A stretch of 64,000 nucleotides of DNA from an uncultured Acidobacteriota bacterium (GCA_963789075.1 CAWBJQ010000003.1:102004-166003); one strand, 5' to 3'. Shown: positions 41,391 to 52,295, numbered from the stretch's first letter. Program-made: numbers and translations. The notes: generated by a model not told the origin, from the sequence alone.

Positions 41391-42755
41391 CTAAAGCCGG
41401 ACACTGCGTCCAACTGAAAACGCGGCGAACAAGGCGCGGCCGGCGAGTCCTGCCGCCAGCAGCGCCAGCGCGGCGGCGCCGTTCACGGTGTCGCCGGCCA
41501 GCATCCCCACCATCAACGCGGCGGCGCCGGCGAAGACGATGCCGGCCGACCAGGGATAGCCCCACGCGACGAACGGCCGGACTCGTGCGGGCTCGCGCCT
41601 GCGCAGGACGAAAAGCGCGAGGCAACAGATGGCGTAGTTCAACGCGAGGAAGAAGGCGGTGATCGCCACGAGCCGCTGAAACGAGCCGCTCGCAATCAGC
41701 ATCACCGCCACGGCCGTGGTCGCGAGCGTCGCGATCGTCGGTGTGCCGCCCGCGTTGACGGCTGCCGTCTCCTTCCACAGCAGGCCGTCGCGCCCCATCG
41801 CGAACAGAATGCGCGTGCCGATCATCAGGATGGCGTTCAGCATCGGCGGCAGCGAGATGAGCGACAGCACGGTGATGATCAGATGACCGCGCGGCCCGAG
41901 CAGCACGCGCGCCACGTCGGCCGCCGGCAGCGTGGACCGCGCCATGTCGCCGATCGGCAGCACCGACAAGGAGCGCGAGGTTGACGAGCAGGTACACGAC
42001 GATCACGGACACGACGCCGCCAATCATCGATCGGGGAATGTTCCTGTCGGGGTCGCGATCTTCTTCAGAAAAATAGAGCGCGCTCTGCCACCCTCCGTAC
42101 GTGATGACGACCGCCTGCAGTGCGACGATGAGGCCGGCAATCGAGGTGGCCGGCGCAGCCAGGCCCGGCACGACCCGCGTATGAGGGATGACGAACGCGG
42201 CGACGACGACCGCCAGAAACGCCACGAACTTGACGGCCGTCGCCCCTTGCTGAAATCGGCTGCTCACCTGCACGCCGGCCCATTGCAGCGCGACAAGGCC
42301 GACGAGCACCGCGATGGCCACGATCGTGACGGATCCGCCGAGCGGCGGGAGAAGGATCGCGGCGAACTCGCCGATGCCAATCGACACGTAGCCGAGGACC
42401 GAGCAGTACGTCAGCCAGTCGGTCCACCCGACGGCGAATCCGACGGTGTCGCCGAACGCATGGCGCGCGTAAACGTAGTAGCCGCCGGCCTCGGGCAGCA
42501 TGGTTCCGAGCTCCGCGAAGCACACCGCGCCGAGCAGCGTGTACAGGCCGCCGACGAGCCAGACGAGGAGCACGAGGGAAGGCGTCGACAGCTGACCGGC
42601 GACCAGACCGGGCGTCCGCAGAATGCCGATGCCGAGCGTGCGCCGACGATCACGGCGAGGCCGAAGCCGAGGCCGAGCACGCGGCGGAGACCGCGCGGAG
42701 GTGCGGCGCTACGGCTTGAGGGCGACAAGGACCACGTCGACTGCGTGACTGACAT
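41391..42755 (-). CDS. APC-family amino acid permease (frameshifts ~42640 and ~41965; start uncertain)
   Basis: LRRVLGLGFGLAVIVG, FAELGTMLPEAGGYYVY, TYGGWQ, RPFVAWGYP. Confidence 0.85.
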
Positions 42756-43344
42756 TGCGCGCCGAGTGGCTCGACCCGCGTGCTTCGAATTCGACGTCGC
42801 CCGGCTTCCATCGATTCACGACGGTCTTGCCGTTGGCCGTGTCCTCGATCTCGCCGCCCGACAGATGCACGACGACGGTGTCGGACGCATGCGTGTGAAA
42901 GCCTTCGCGCGCGTCCACGTCCATGCGCGCACGAAGGACCGAGACGCGTGCGTTCTCGAAGAGCGGCACGAAGCTCATGCCGGTGAACGGTGCATCGCCA
43001 GGTTTCGATCCCGATGGAGGAGCTGATGTGGAACGTGCCGGACGCCCAAGCGGCTGGACGATCACAATCGAGCTGCCGCCCGCGTCGCCAGGCGGAGGCG
43101 CCGCGGCGTCATCCATCCAGATCGCGCGGCCGGCTTTTCCCGCTGGTCCGTCCTCGAGCCAGACGACGACGCCCGGAGCGTGGACGACACCGGCACGTGC
43201 GCCCTCAGTGGTCCGATACGCGCGGACGTGCGCGTTCTGCAGTGCGACGATCGCGCGGACGCCGGCGCCTCGACCAGCGGCCGGCGACTGCGCGTGGAGC
43301 GACGCTGCGATGGCGATCGCGCCGGCTACGGCAAGAATTTTCAT
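42709..43344 (-). CDS. Secreted cupin-like protein
   Basis: Signal peptide; FENARVSV, FHTH, WKPGDV..HSARN cupin motifs. Confidence 0.7.
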   Translation of the reverse strand: MKILAVAGAIAIAASLHAQSPAAGRGAGVRAIVALQNAHVRAYRTTEGARAGVVHAPGVVVWLEDGPAGKAGRAIWMDDAAAPPPGDAGGSSIVIVQPLGRPARSTSAPPSGSKPGDAPFTGMSFVPLFENARVSVLRARMDVDAREGFHTHASDTVVVHLSGGEIEDTANGKTVVNRWKPGDVEFEARGSSHSARNVSHAVDVVLVALKP

Positions 43345-43423
43345 GGCACTCTCCCGATGGGCGCGGTCATCTTACATCGGCCGCTGGCGGGACGGCCGCA
43401 TGAACGAGTAGGCTCTGACCAAC

Positions 43424-44401
43424 ATGGATTATCGGCGTCTGGGATCGACCGGCTTGAACATATCGCGCCTCGGGCTCGGCTGTGGCAACTTCGGGGGCAT
43501 CGGCTCGGCGCCGGCGTTTTTCGGAAAGGGCGAAAACGAGGCGCAGGCGGCCGCGCTGATGGATCACGCGTACGACGCGGGCATCAATTTCTTCGACACC
43601 GCCGACGCTGTACGGCGGCGGCCGCAGCGAGGCCTATATCGGCCGATGGCTGCAGGCGAAAGGCTGCCGCCGCCAGGCAGCAGCTGCTTCTGAGCTCGAA
43701 GGTGTTCAATCGTGTCGGACCGGGACCGAACGACCGCGGCCTCTCGCGGCGGCACATTCTGCGGCAGGTGGATGAAAGCCTGGCGCGCTTGCAGACCGAT
43801 CGGCTCGATCTCTATTTGATTCACGAGCCCGATCCCGACACGCCGCTCGAGGAGACGCTCGGCGCGCTGGACGATTTAGTGCGGATGGGGAAGGTGCTCT
43901 ACGTGGGCGCGAGCAACATCGAAGCGTGGAGGCTCGCGCGCGGGTTAGTGGATCAGCGACGTGCGCCGCCTGGTCCGCTTCGAGTGGGTGCAGAACTCAT
44001 ACAGCCTGCTCGATCGCACGCCGGAGCGCGAACTGTTTCCGCTCTGCGCAGATCAAGGGGTCGGCTTCACGGCGTTCAGTCCGCTCTCGGGCGGCTGGTT
44101 GACCGGAAAGTATCGATCGCCAGGCGTTTACCCGGAAGGATCGCGGATGACGCTTCGGCCGGAGCCGTACCAACACCTCGTGTCCGATAAGGTGTACGGC
44201 GGGCTGGCCACGTTCGCCGAAGAAGCGCGCGAGCGCGGCGTCGAGATGAGCGCGCTCGCGATTGCGTGGGTGCTGCACCATCCAAGGACCGACGCGGCCA
44301 TCATCGGCCCTCGCACCATCGCGCAACTCGACGCGGCAGTGTCGTCAGTATCTGTGGCGATGTCCGACGCCGACGCGCAGCGGCTCGCGAATCTCTTCTG
44401 A
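43424..44401 (+). CDS. Aldo/keto reductase (frameshifts ~43605-43660 and ~43945)
   Basis: [50 protein letters not shown]. Confidence 0.9.
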
Positions 44402-44486
44402 TGCTCGTGTGCGAACGCAACGGCTACACGCGGTCGGTGAGCAGCAGAGCGAATCCTCCACGATATTCCCGGTTCTGGTGTGTGTG

Positions 44487-44906
44487 TCATTGCAGGCCGG
44501 TGACGAGCGCGCCAGCGAGGCAGATCGCGATCAATCCGTCTGGAATGATTGGCGTGATGAAGAAGTACCGCCAGGCGAGCGAGGCGTGCACCAGATTGGC
44601 GACCAGGAACAACGCGACGATCGGCCTCACGTCCGCTCCCGCCTTTTGCGCGAGGGAGCCGAGCAGCCAGAACAAAGCCGCTTCAACAAACACGGTGGCC
44701 GCCGCCATCAGCCCGTATCCCGTGTAGAAGTCCCAATAGCTGCGCATCGAGCCGACATAGTCGAACCGATGTGCCTGCATCGCGTGTACGACCTCGCGCT
44801 CCGCCAGCCCGTGCGTCGGGGAGGCGGTCACAAACAGCCATGCGTGCGCGATCCCCTGGAGCAGCGCCAGCAAAGAAGCCACCCGGAGCCAGATCATCCT
44901 CGCCAC
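44487..44906 (-). CDS. Small four-TM membrane protein
   Basis: Four hydrophobic segments, RSYWDFYTGYG; divergent from the HxlR regulator. Confidence 0.7.
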   Translation of the reverse strand: MARMIWLRVASLLALLQGIAHAWLFVTASPTHGLAEREVVHAMQAHRFDYVGSMRSYWDFYTGYGLMAAATVFVEAALFWLLGSLAQKAGADVRPIVALFLVANLVHASLAWRYFFITPIIPDGLIAICLAGALVTGLQ

Positions 44907-44949
44907 CCTCCTGTGAAGCGTTCGCTCACCGGCACACGATATCGCGTCT

Positions 44950-45002
44950 AGTTTATAAAATCAACTTCACGATTGACAAAATAAATCGTTGAGGAATACT
45001 CT
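44950..45002 (+). promoter_or_regulatory. Promoter and probable operator of the HxlR regulator
   Basis: TTGACA 44973-44978, N18, TACTCT 44997-45002; inverted repeats AGTT-N9-AACT (44950-44966) and ACGATT-N9-AATCGT (44969-44989). Confidence 0.6.
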
Positions 45003-45008
45003 ACCGTC

Positions 45009-45710
45009 GTGGGAACAGGACGAAAGCGCTCGGCACCGGGGCGTCGCGGTTCAACGCGCAGCGTGCCGCAGGCGCCCGCGCGTACGTATGGCCAGTACTG
45101 CGGCCTGGCGAAGGCACTCGACGTCATCGGCGATCGCTGGACGCTGCTCATCGTTCGCGAGCTCATGATCCAGGGGCCGTGTCGGTACACCGACATCAAG
45201 AACGGTCTTCCGGGCATCGCGACGAATCTGCTGTCGGAGCGGATTCGCGGGCTCGAGGAGGCGGGGCTGATCGAACGCGTCGATGCGCCGCCGCCGATTG
45301 CGACCGCGCTGCTCCAGCTCACGCCGCGCGGCGAGGATCTGCGGCCGGTGCTGTCCGCAATCGGCCGATGGGGCAGCGCGTACTTGAACGATTACAACGC
45401 GGCGGACGCGTTCCGCAGCCACTGGATGGCGTTGCCGTTGGAATTGCTGCTGAAGGACCATGCGCCGAGCCGGCCGCCGGTGCAGATTGAATTGCGCACG
45501 GGCGATCGGCCGCTCGTCGTCGAGACCTGCGAAGGAGCGATCCGAACGCGGCCGGGCGGCGCCGATCGGCCCGATGCGGTGCTCAGCGGCTCTCCGCAAG
45601 TCGTGATGGCCGTGCTCACGGGAAAGCTGTCCCTGCCTCGGGCACGCGCGCAAGGCGCAAGCTTCGAAGGCGCGGTTCAGGCTCTGCGCCGCATCCAGCC
45701 GGCAGTCTAG
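45009..45710 (+). CDS. HxlR-family winged-helix regulator with C-terminal SCP2-like domain
   Basis: YGQYCGLAKALDVIGDRWTLLIVREL, LPGIATNLLSER, LTPRGEDL. Confidence 0.88.
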   Translation: MGTGRKRSAPGRRGSTRSVPQAPARTYGQYCGLAKALDVIGDRWTLLIVRELMIQGPCRYTDIKNGLPGIATNLLSERIRGLEEAGLIERVDAPPPIATALLQLTPRGEDLRPVLSAIGRWGSAYLNDYNAADAFRSHWMALPLELLLKDHAPSRPPVQIELRTGDRPLVVETCEGAIRTRPGGADRPDAVLSGSPQVVMAVLTGKLSLPRARAQGASFEGAVQALRRIQPAV

Positions 45711-45864
45711 AGTCCGGCCTGCCGGTCATGCCATCACAATCGCGTCGAGATGACAGCGAAAACAGGATGCCGACACACCTTTTGTCACTCGCCGGACAGC
45801 TCCTCCAGGCATCGCATCTCGCCAAGTTATTGGCCGGAAACGAGACAAGCTCTTCAGCGCGCGA

Positions 45865-45878
45865 GGAACGCCCTTTGC
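45865..45878 (+). promoter_or_regulatory. Putative sigma54 -24/-12 promoter
   Basis: GG-AACGCCCTTT-GC. Confidence 0.55.
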
Positions 45879-45923
45879 TTACTGCTGGGGTGAACGGATG
45901 CCGCTGCATCCCGGAGCTAGATC

Positions 45924-46612
45924 TGCGTTCATCCAAGGCGTTCATTTCCGTCGCCGCCGCTGGTCTGCTCGCCGCCGAGCGTTTGCGTGTTCGAGCGGCG
46001 ATGCCCCGGTCACGCCCACTCCGAGCACGCCGACATCGAGCGCGACCAGCGGAGGCACCAGCAGTTCCACCGGCACGCTGGGGATTCGCCTCGGACGGAC
46101 AACGCCCGTTCCAGCGATGCCGAGGCGCTGCTCGTCACCTTCTCGGACGTCAGCGTTCATAGCGCGAATCCCGGCGATTGGAAGACGCTGCCCTTTGCGT
46201 CGGGATCGAGCCGAACGTGCGACTTGAAGAGAGCTGAGATGGGGCCACCGATCTGCTCGGCGTCGGGTCGCTGCCGGCCGGGATGTACACGCAGATTCGA
46301 CTGACCGTCTCGAGCGCCGCGATTTATTTCGACGCCCCGTCCGTGGGCGGTCCGTGCGCGCCGCAGATCGCGCCCCCGGCGGGCACGAGCGCACCGGTCG
46401 ACATCCCGTCAGGCGACGTGAAGCTCAATAACGAGTTCACACTGGCAAGCGCTGGCACGACGATACTCCTCGATTTCGACGGCGATCAATCGGTACGTCA
46501 GACCGGGAGCGGCAACGGCAACGCGGGCAACGGCAACGGTAACGGTGGCAATCCGAACAGCAACACGAAATACATGATGGTGCCGGTCATCCGCGTCGTG
46601 AGCGTGCAGTAG
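45924..46612 (+). CDS. DUF4382-like lipoprotein (3-4 frameshifts; error-ridden or pseudogene)
   Basis: Pieces ACSSGD.., ALLVTFSDVSVH, TCDLK, YTQIRL, TILLDFDGDQSVRQTG, YMMVPVIRV. Confidence 0.7.
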
Positions 46613-46631
46613 CACCGCGGGACCGGAGTCT

Positions 46632-47177
46632 CTACTGCCCGCGCGAGGAGGGCGGCACCATTCCCTTGATCCGGAAGTACGTGACGAGGTTGCCGTAATG
46701 CTCCTGCACGTGGCCCGTGTTGCCCATCAGCGCGCTCGCGCGTGAGCTCGACGACGTGCCGAACGGCATCTGGATCATTTCGGCCGCCTTCTGGTCCGTG
46801 AGCGAGGCGTACACCTTGTCGCAGTAAGCCACCGATTCGCGCAGTGCCTTCGTGATCGCCGCCTTGGTCGTCGCGCTCTTCTCGTATTCGTCTTCCGCGT
46901 GCGGCGGTTTTTCGCCGACGGCCGCGGAGCAGAACACGTAGTTGGCGCCGGCGACGTGCGCGACGACCGCGCCAAACGAGCGGACGGTGTCGACCGGCTT
47001 GAACGCGTAATTCGCTTCCGGCATCTGGTCGGCCGAGTCGAGGAGATATTTCTTCGCCGAGTCCCACTGCTGGTTGATCGCCCGGCTGATTGGATTGGCG
47101 GCCGGTCCGCCAGCCTGCGCGTGCGCCGTCGCTGGAATCAGTAACCCGATGCTCAACGTGAGAACTATCTGGCGCAT
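46632..47177 (-). CDS. Secreted DinB-family protein
   Basis: ADQMPEANYAFKP..RSFG..VAH; C-terminal H..EHYGNLVTYFRIKGMVPPSS. Confidence 0.88.
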   Translation of the reverse strand: MRQIVLTLSIGLLIPATAHAQAGGPAANPISRAINQQWDSAKKYLLDSADQMPEANYAFKPVDTVRSFGAVVAHVAGANYVFCSAAVGEKPPHAEDEYEKSATTKAAITKALRESVAYCDKVYASLTDQKAAEMIQMPFGTSSSSRASALMGNTGHVQEHYGNLVTYFRIKGMVPPSSRGQ

Positions 47178-47207
47178 GTTGACCTCTGTGGAAGGAGAGA
47201 GCAGCCG

Positions 47208-47238
47208 ATTATAGTTCGACCGCGACTCGCGGTCGAAC
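47208..47238 (-). promoter_or_regulatory. DinB-gene promoter overlapped by an 11-bp-arm palindrome
   Basis: TATAAT (-) 47213-47208; GTTCGACCGCG-ACT-CGCGGTCGAAC 47214-47238 covers the spacer and -35 (TCGACC). Confidence 0.5.
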
Positions 47239-47359
47239 CCGGCCTCGGCCGACGATCCCGGCGTTGCGGGCAATCCCCGAGAATGTAAGCGCATCACGAT
47301 CCCGTCGGACGATCCCTGAGGGATTGTCGATTTCGGCCGATTTTCCACGCAGTCGCTGC

Positions 47360-47373
47360 GGTACGGGCGTTGC
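47360..47373 (+). promoter_or_regulatory. Putative sigma54 -24/-12 promoter
   Basis: GG-TACGGGCGTT-GC, then GGAGG and ATG 47402. Confidence 0.55.
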
Positions 47374-47401
47374 TGCCACGCCGTCCCTGGAGGTGAACTC
47401 G

Positions 47402-48008
47402 ATGCGTTCCACATGGACGACGCTCGGCCTTGTACTGTCGGCGTTTTTGACCGTCACGCCGGTTTACGCCGATGCTCATGGCCGACCGCCCGTCACGCCG
47501 CAGCATCCTCAACCGGCGAAGACCACGGTCACGCCAATGACGGCCAAGCCTGCGACCGCGAAGCCGACAACCAGCACGACACATCCCGCGACATCGCCTG
47601 CGCCCACGACGTCGGCGGCCGGCTCGACGCGATTGAATCCCATCGCGGCAAAAATCTCAGCGAAGCCGCAGCTCGATGCCAGGATCACCGCGATGCTGCC
47701 GAAAAACATGACGCTCAACCAGGCGTCCAAGGGCTTCAAGAATCAAGGACAGTTCATCGCGGCGCTGCACGTCTCGCAGAACCTTGGCTGCGACTGCTTC
47801 AAGCAGCTTCAGACGGACATGACCAAGAAGAACATGAGTCTCGGCCGGGCCATTCAGGACGTGAAGAAGACGGCCAACGCGACGACAGAGGTGCATCGAG
47901 GGGAAACTGAAGCGGACGCCGATATCAAAGCGACGACGACCTCTACGTCCACATCCACGTCCACCGATCAGGCCAAGAAAGAAAACAGCGCACGGCGGCG
48001 ATCGGTAA
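47402..48008 (+). CDS. Secreted Thr-rich hypothetical protein
   Basis: Signal peptide; core GFKNQGQFIAALHVSQNLG..LGRAIQ; probable true stop TAA 48006-48008 after an indel near 47980. Confidence 0.65.
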
Positions 48009-48205
48009 TGCCCGTTGCGCGCGTGTCACCGATGATGGCGAGTGCCGCTCTGGTGCTCGCCATCGCCGTTCCCGTCAATGCCCAGGGCAAGAGCGGCAAG
48101 GGGAAGGGAACCAAGAGCTCGCCGCCGAGCAGCAGTCCGTTGCCGAGTCCGACGACAGGGCCGGCGGCTGGCGCGTCGCCGCGAGCTCGAGCCCGCTGCT
48201 CGGGA
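48008..48205 (+). pseudogene. Truncated 5' fragment of a secreted protein
   Basis: TAATG-coupled start, signal peptide ..VPVNA/QGKSGKGKG, Ser/Pro linker, then runs into the convergent TIGR03118 gene. Confidence 0.45.
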
Positions 48206-49420
48206 TCACGGCTGCGCGTTCAGACGGCCAAACAGGCCATCTTGTTCGCCGTTCGGTCCCGCGGTGAAATACACGGCTCCCGGATCGCCACCGTTCCCGC
48301 CGTTGCCAACACGCAGCGCCCAGAGTCCATCGATGACGATGGCCTGTCCGTGCGCATCGCGCAACTTCTCGACGAACGTCCCGTCAGGCGCGAAGACGTT
48401 CACGTGGCCGTTTCCGAAGTTGCCGATCAAAATGTCGCCGGCGATTGCGCCGAACGTCGTGGGTGCGATCGCAATGCCCCACGGCGAATCGAGCTGACCA
48501 TGTTGCGCAGATCGGATCGCCACCTGGCCGCTCATGTCGTACGTGTCCACGATCCCATGGCCTTGTCCCGCGACGTCGTCGTGCTTGGCGGCATCCTGCT
48601 TGGCGTAGGTCACCAGCAGCCCAAGCGCGCCGTTCATCGGTAAGGCGGCGATGTTGAAGGGCGCGTAGCCCTTCGGCAGTTTCGGATCGGTGAACGCGTC
48701 GGCGGCACCTGTGGGTGTGAACGACGAGTTGAAGACCTCGACGGTACCGGCGCGGAAATTCGTCGCATACAGCAGCGTCTCACCAGAGCTGGGATTCGTG
48801 GCGATCGCCAATCCCTTGTAAACCGCGCCCGATGTCGGCGTCGGCTGGGTCGAATGGTTGACGGCAATGATGCCGTCACTGCCCACCTTGGCCGGATCGA
48901 AACCCACAGGATTCACGCCGGGGTTCCATCCCACGATCGTTCCGTCTTCAGTGGAAAACAGGAAGACAGCGGGCGCCGAAGTCGCCGCACCCGCGCTTGT
49001 GACCCCAGAGATCATGAAGGCCTGTTGGCCCAAAGCGATGTTGAATACGGTATCGGTGGGTGTGCCACCCGAGCCCAGCGGGTCGCCTGGCGCGGGGATC
49101 GAGACCACCAACGACTGCGGTGCCCCAGCCGTGTTGTGCAGCGTGGAAACCCCAGCGCCATTGTCGGAAACCCAAAACGGCGAAGTGGGCGACGCGGTGA
49201 GCCCCCACGGATTGACGAGATTCGCGTCGAAGAACTGCGCAAGGTGTACGACGCCATTTCCATCGGTCAACGTCGGCACACCATTCACTTGCCGGTTCAC
49301 CACGAGATCTGTCTCGACGAATCCAGTCCTCCCGCTTTGAGCTGTTCCCACGGCCACGCTGAATGCCGCAGCCACTGCCACTCCCACTGCCACTGTCACG
49401 TATCGAACGATCATGCGCAT
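48206..49420 (-). CDS. TIGR03118-family secreted protein
   Basis: NLVNPWG, SPFWVSDNG, TEDGTI.GWNP, YKGLAI, PFNI, LDSPWG, GNFGNG, YFTAGPNGEQDGLFG. Confidence 0.88.
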   Translation of the reverse strand: MRMIVRYVTVAVGVAVAAAFSVAVGTAQSGRTGFVETDLVVNRQVNGVPTLTDGNGVVHLAQFFDANLVNPWGLTASPTSPFWVSDNGAGVSTLHNTAGAPQSLVVSIPAPGDPLGSGGTPTDTVFNIALGQQAFMISGVTSAGAATSAPAVFLFSTEDGTIVGWNPGVNPVGFDPAKVGSDGIIAVNHSTQPTPTSGAVYKGLAIATNPSSGETLLYATNFRAGTVEVFNSSFTPTGAADAFTDPKLPKGYAPFNIAALPMNGALGLLVTYAKQDAAKHDDVAGQGHGIVDTYDMSGQVAIRSAQHGQLDSPWGIAIAPTTFGAIAGDILIGNFGNGHVNVFAPDGTFVEKLRDAHGQAIVIDGLWALRVGNGGNGGDPGAVYFTAGPNGEQDGLFGRLNAQP

Positions 49421-49447
49421 GGTGCCTCCTGAATCATGAGGTCGAGC

Positions 49448-49461
49448 GCAATTGCCGTACC
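49448..49461 (-). promoter_or_regulatory. Putative sigma54 -24/-12 promoter
   Basis: - strand GG-TACGGCAATT-GC, then AGGAGG and ATG 49420. Confidence 0.6.
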
Positions 49462-49619
49462 GCGGTGCCCGACTATCGATCGCCTGCTTCCATTGGCAAT
49501 CGTTAATAGGAAAGCGTATCGAGCGGTCCGGAATCGAAACGCGGTTTCACCGCGCGTAATCAGTCGACAACCAACTGAGTCGGTCTCTGTTGGCCGCTTA
49601 TATTTCGCTGCTTGTCTGC

Positions 49620-50254
49620 TTATCGTTCGGCAGCCGCAAGGTCCCTGCGCAGTTCCTCGGCCGTGCGGCGCGGACCGTAGCCAGGCGTGTCGCGCTGAAT
49701 GCGCCACCCTTCGTTCAGCGGGCCGGCATCGACCGTATCGAACCCGAACTCGTCAAGTAGACGGCTCACGGTTGCCTTGGCGGACGGATCGTTGCCGGCG
49801 ATGACCAGCGCTCGACGGTTATTCGCGCCTGCGGGCAGGCCGTCCGTCGTCAGCTGCACGGCATAGATGTGATTGAACGCTTTGACGACGTGCGACCTCG
49901 GGAGATGAGCTGGAGCAGCTCGGAGGTCGTAGTCGACTCATTGTCCAGCTCAGCGATGTGACCGTCACGCTCGGGTAGTAGTTGTTGGTGTCGATCACGA
50001 TCTTGCCGGCGAGCGGCTCGACCGGGTCCTGTCCGATAGTGTTTCAGCGGAATCGTCACGACGACGATGTCTCCGGCCTTCGCGGCGTCGACGACGGTCG
50101 CTGCTCGGGCTTTCGGTCCGAGCTCGGCGACGAGCGTCGTCAAAGTTTCAGGCCCGCGCGAATTGCTGACGACGACGTCGTAGCCGTGCGCGACCGCCAG
50201 GCGCGCCAGCTGACTTCCGATATGCCCGGCGCCAATGAGTCCAATAGTAGCCAT
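49620..50254 (-). CDS. NADP oxidoreductase, F420-dependent reductase family (several frameshifts)
   Basis: IGLIGAGHIG, NSRGPETL, VIDTNNY, VVKAFNHI, IAGND..DAGPL. Confidence 0.85.
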
Positions 50255-50333
50255 GACAAAACTATAGCCTCGATCGACTTCCGCTCCTGAAACCCCCTAT
50301 CATTGCGGGATTCCCCGGCGCGAATGATGACGA

Positions 50334-51565
50334 TTGCACGCGGAGATCCGGATCACGGCGATGGTTGCCTGCGGCGTCTTCGCCGTCAGCGTCGCCGTGT
50401 GGCTGGCCAGACCGAGCGCACCGGACATTACGGTCGCTCGTGCGGAGTTCGGTGAGTTGAAGTCCTGGGTCACGACCAACGGCATCGTAGAGCCTGTCAC
50501 CTCTGACGTGGCCCGCGCGCGCATCACCACGCACGTCACCCGTGTGCTGGCGACCGAGGGTCAGATGGTCGAGCCCGGTGACCTCATACTCACGCTCGAC
50601 GTTGGTCCGCAGCAGGCCGAGCTGGCGCATCAGCGCGAGGCGCTGAAGCGTGCCGAGAACCAGCTGAAGGCTCTCGAGGCGATCGGCCAGTCCGGCGACC
50701 TCGCGCAGGTCGATGCGCAGCTGCGCAGCGCCGACGCTAATCTCGCCCACCTGACGCAGCAACGGGCGGGAACCGTCCGCCTCCTCGAGAAACAGGCGGC
50801 CACCCGCGAGGAGCTGGATCAGATCAATCTCGCGGTCGCCCGCGCCCAGGCGGCGCGCACGGTCCTGGCGCAGAAACAACAGAGCTTGCAGCGCAGCAGC
50901 GCGATGGACGTGAACGCCGCCACGCTGGCTGTTCAGCAGGCACGCGACGCACTGCAAGTCTCCGAAGCGCTCGTCAAGTCGGGAGAGATCCGCGCCTCGA
51001 TTCACGGGACCGTTTACGCACTGCCCGTGCGCCGCGGCGTGCAGGTCGACGAGGGTGCCGTGCTCGCCGAAGTTGCGGATTTGAAGGCCTTGCAGGTTCG
51101 CGCCTACGTCGACGAGTCCGAGCTCGCCGCGATTGAAGCGGATCATCAGGTCGAGATCTCGTGGAACGCCGTCCCCGGTCGCGTCTGGACCGGACGCACG
51201 ACCCGAATCCCGAAGACCGTGGCTCAACGCGGCGACCGCCGTGTCGGCGAGGTGATCTGCTCGATCGATCACAGCGCGCCTCCCTGATTCCCAACCTCGA
51301 CGTCGACGTCCGGGTCCTCGCGCGGTCCGAGCCGCACGCGCTGCTCGTGCCGCGCGCGGCGGTCCGCACGGATCGATCGCAGCGCTATCTGTTCGTGGTC
51401 AAGGATGGCGTCGCGCATCGGCGAGCCATCGACGTCGACGGATCCAGCTCCACCAGCTACGCAATCACGCGGGGGCTCACCGAGGGAGAGTCGGTCGTCG
51501 TGCAATCCAATACGGAACTTCAGGACGGCATGCGCGTGAACGCCGTGACGCCGCAGGCCGAGTGA
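50334..51565 (+). CDS. Efflux periplasmic adaptor (MacA/HlyD-like membrane fusion protein; frameshift ~51275, start uncertain)
   Basis: TM anchor, EGQMVEPGDLILTLD, coiled coil, IRASIHGTV, ALLVPRAAV, GLTEGESV. Confidence 0.88.
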
Positions 51566-52295
51566 AGATCGCCGTCTTCTTCGCACTCGATGCCGAGTGC
51601 GCACCGTGGCGAGCCGGCCATCGTTTCCAGCCATGGCGGACGCCGACGGATCGCTCTTCGAGACCACACTCGGGCAATCGCGTGTCCGTCTCGCGCTCAT
51701 CGGCGTTGGCGCTCGTCGTCTCGATTCGATCACGGCACGCGCGCTGAGTGGCGACATCGACGTGGTCATCGGCGCCGGAGTGTCGGGAGGATTGCAGGAT
51801 CGACAGAAGGTTGGAGACGTTCTCGTGGCCCAACAGGCTCTCTCCGAACGCGACGGGCGGACCGCTCGTGCCGATGATCGGTTGATCGCTGTCGCGGCGT
51901 CCTGCGGCGCGCGGATTGTCGAGACCTTTCTCACCACCGACCACATCGTCAGAGGTGTCGCGCGAAAGCGTGAGCTCGGCGCGCGGGCCGAGGCGGTGGA
52001 TATGGAAGGCTTCGCGATTCTGCGCCATGGCGGCCGAGCGAGGCATCCCGGGTCTCGCGGTCCGGGTCGTCGGTGATGAAGTCGATGTGGCGTTGCCGCT
52101 CGATTTCGAGTCTGCGATCCGGCCCGACGGCACGATCCGCGCGATGAAACTGTTCACACAGGCGGTCGCGCACCCACGAGACTGGCCCGCCCTGGTCGCG
52201 TTTGGCCAGGTCGCAGCGGCGCGCGCTCGACGGGCTCGCGCGTTTCCTGGATCGACTTTGTGGCGGATCTTACGAACCGCTCTGGCCTTCCGTAA
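51562..52295 (+). CDS. hpnG: PNP/MTA-SAH nucleosidase family, HpnG-like adenosylhopane nucleosidase (about 3 frameshifts)
   Basis: FALDAE, GAGVSGGL..VGDV, AVDMEG, VRVVGD..LPLDF..IRPDGTI; sits in a hopanoid cluster; 3' end approximate. Confidence 0.65.

Noticed and set aside
45009-45710. HxlR-SCP2 regulator as a hopanoid sensor
   Set aside because: This architecture is common, the gene is ~4.6 kb from the cluster with unrelated genes between, and it has its own divergent target.
46500-46565. GGCAAC tandem repeats as a DNA element
   Set aside because: They encode an in-frame Gly-Asn linker of the DUF4382-like protein.
47214-47228. LexA (SOS) box before the DinB-family gene
   Set aside because: It matches GTTC-N7-GTTC only in the first half-site, and this secreted DinB-superfamily protein need not be damage-inducible.
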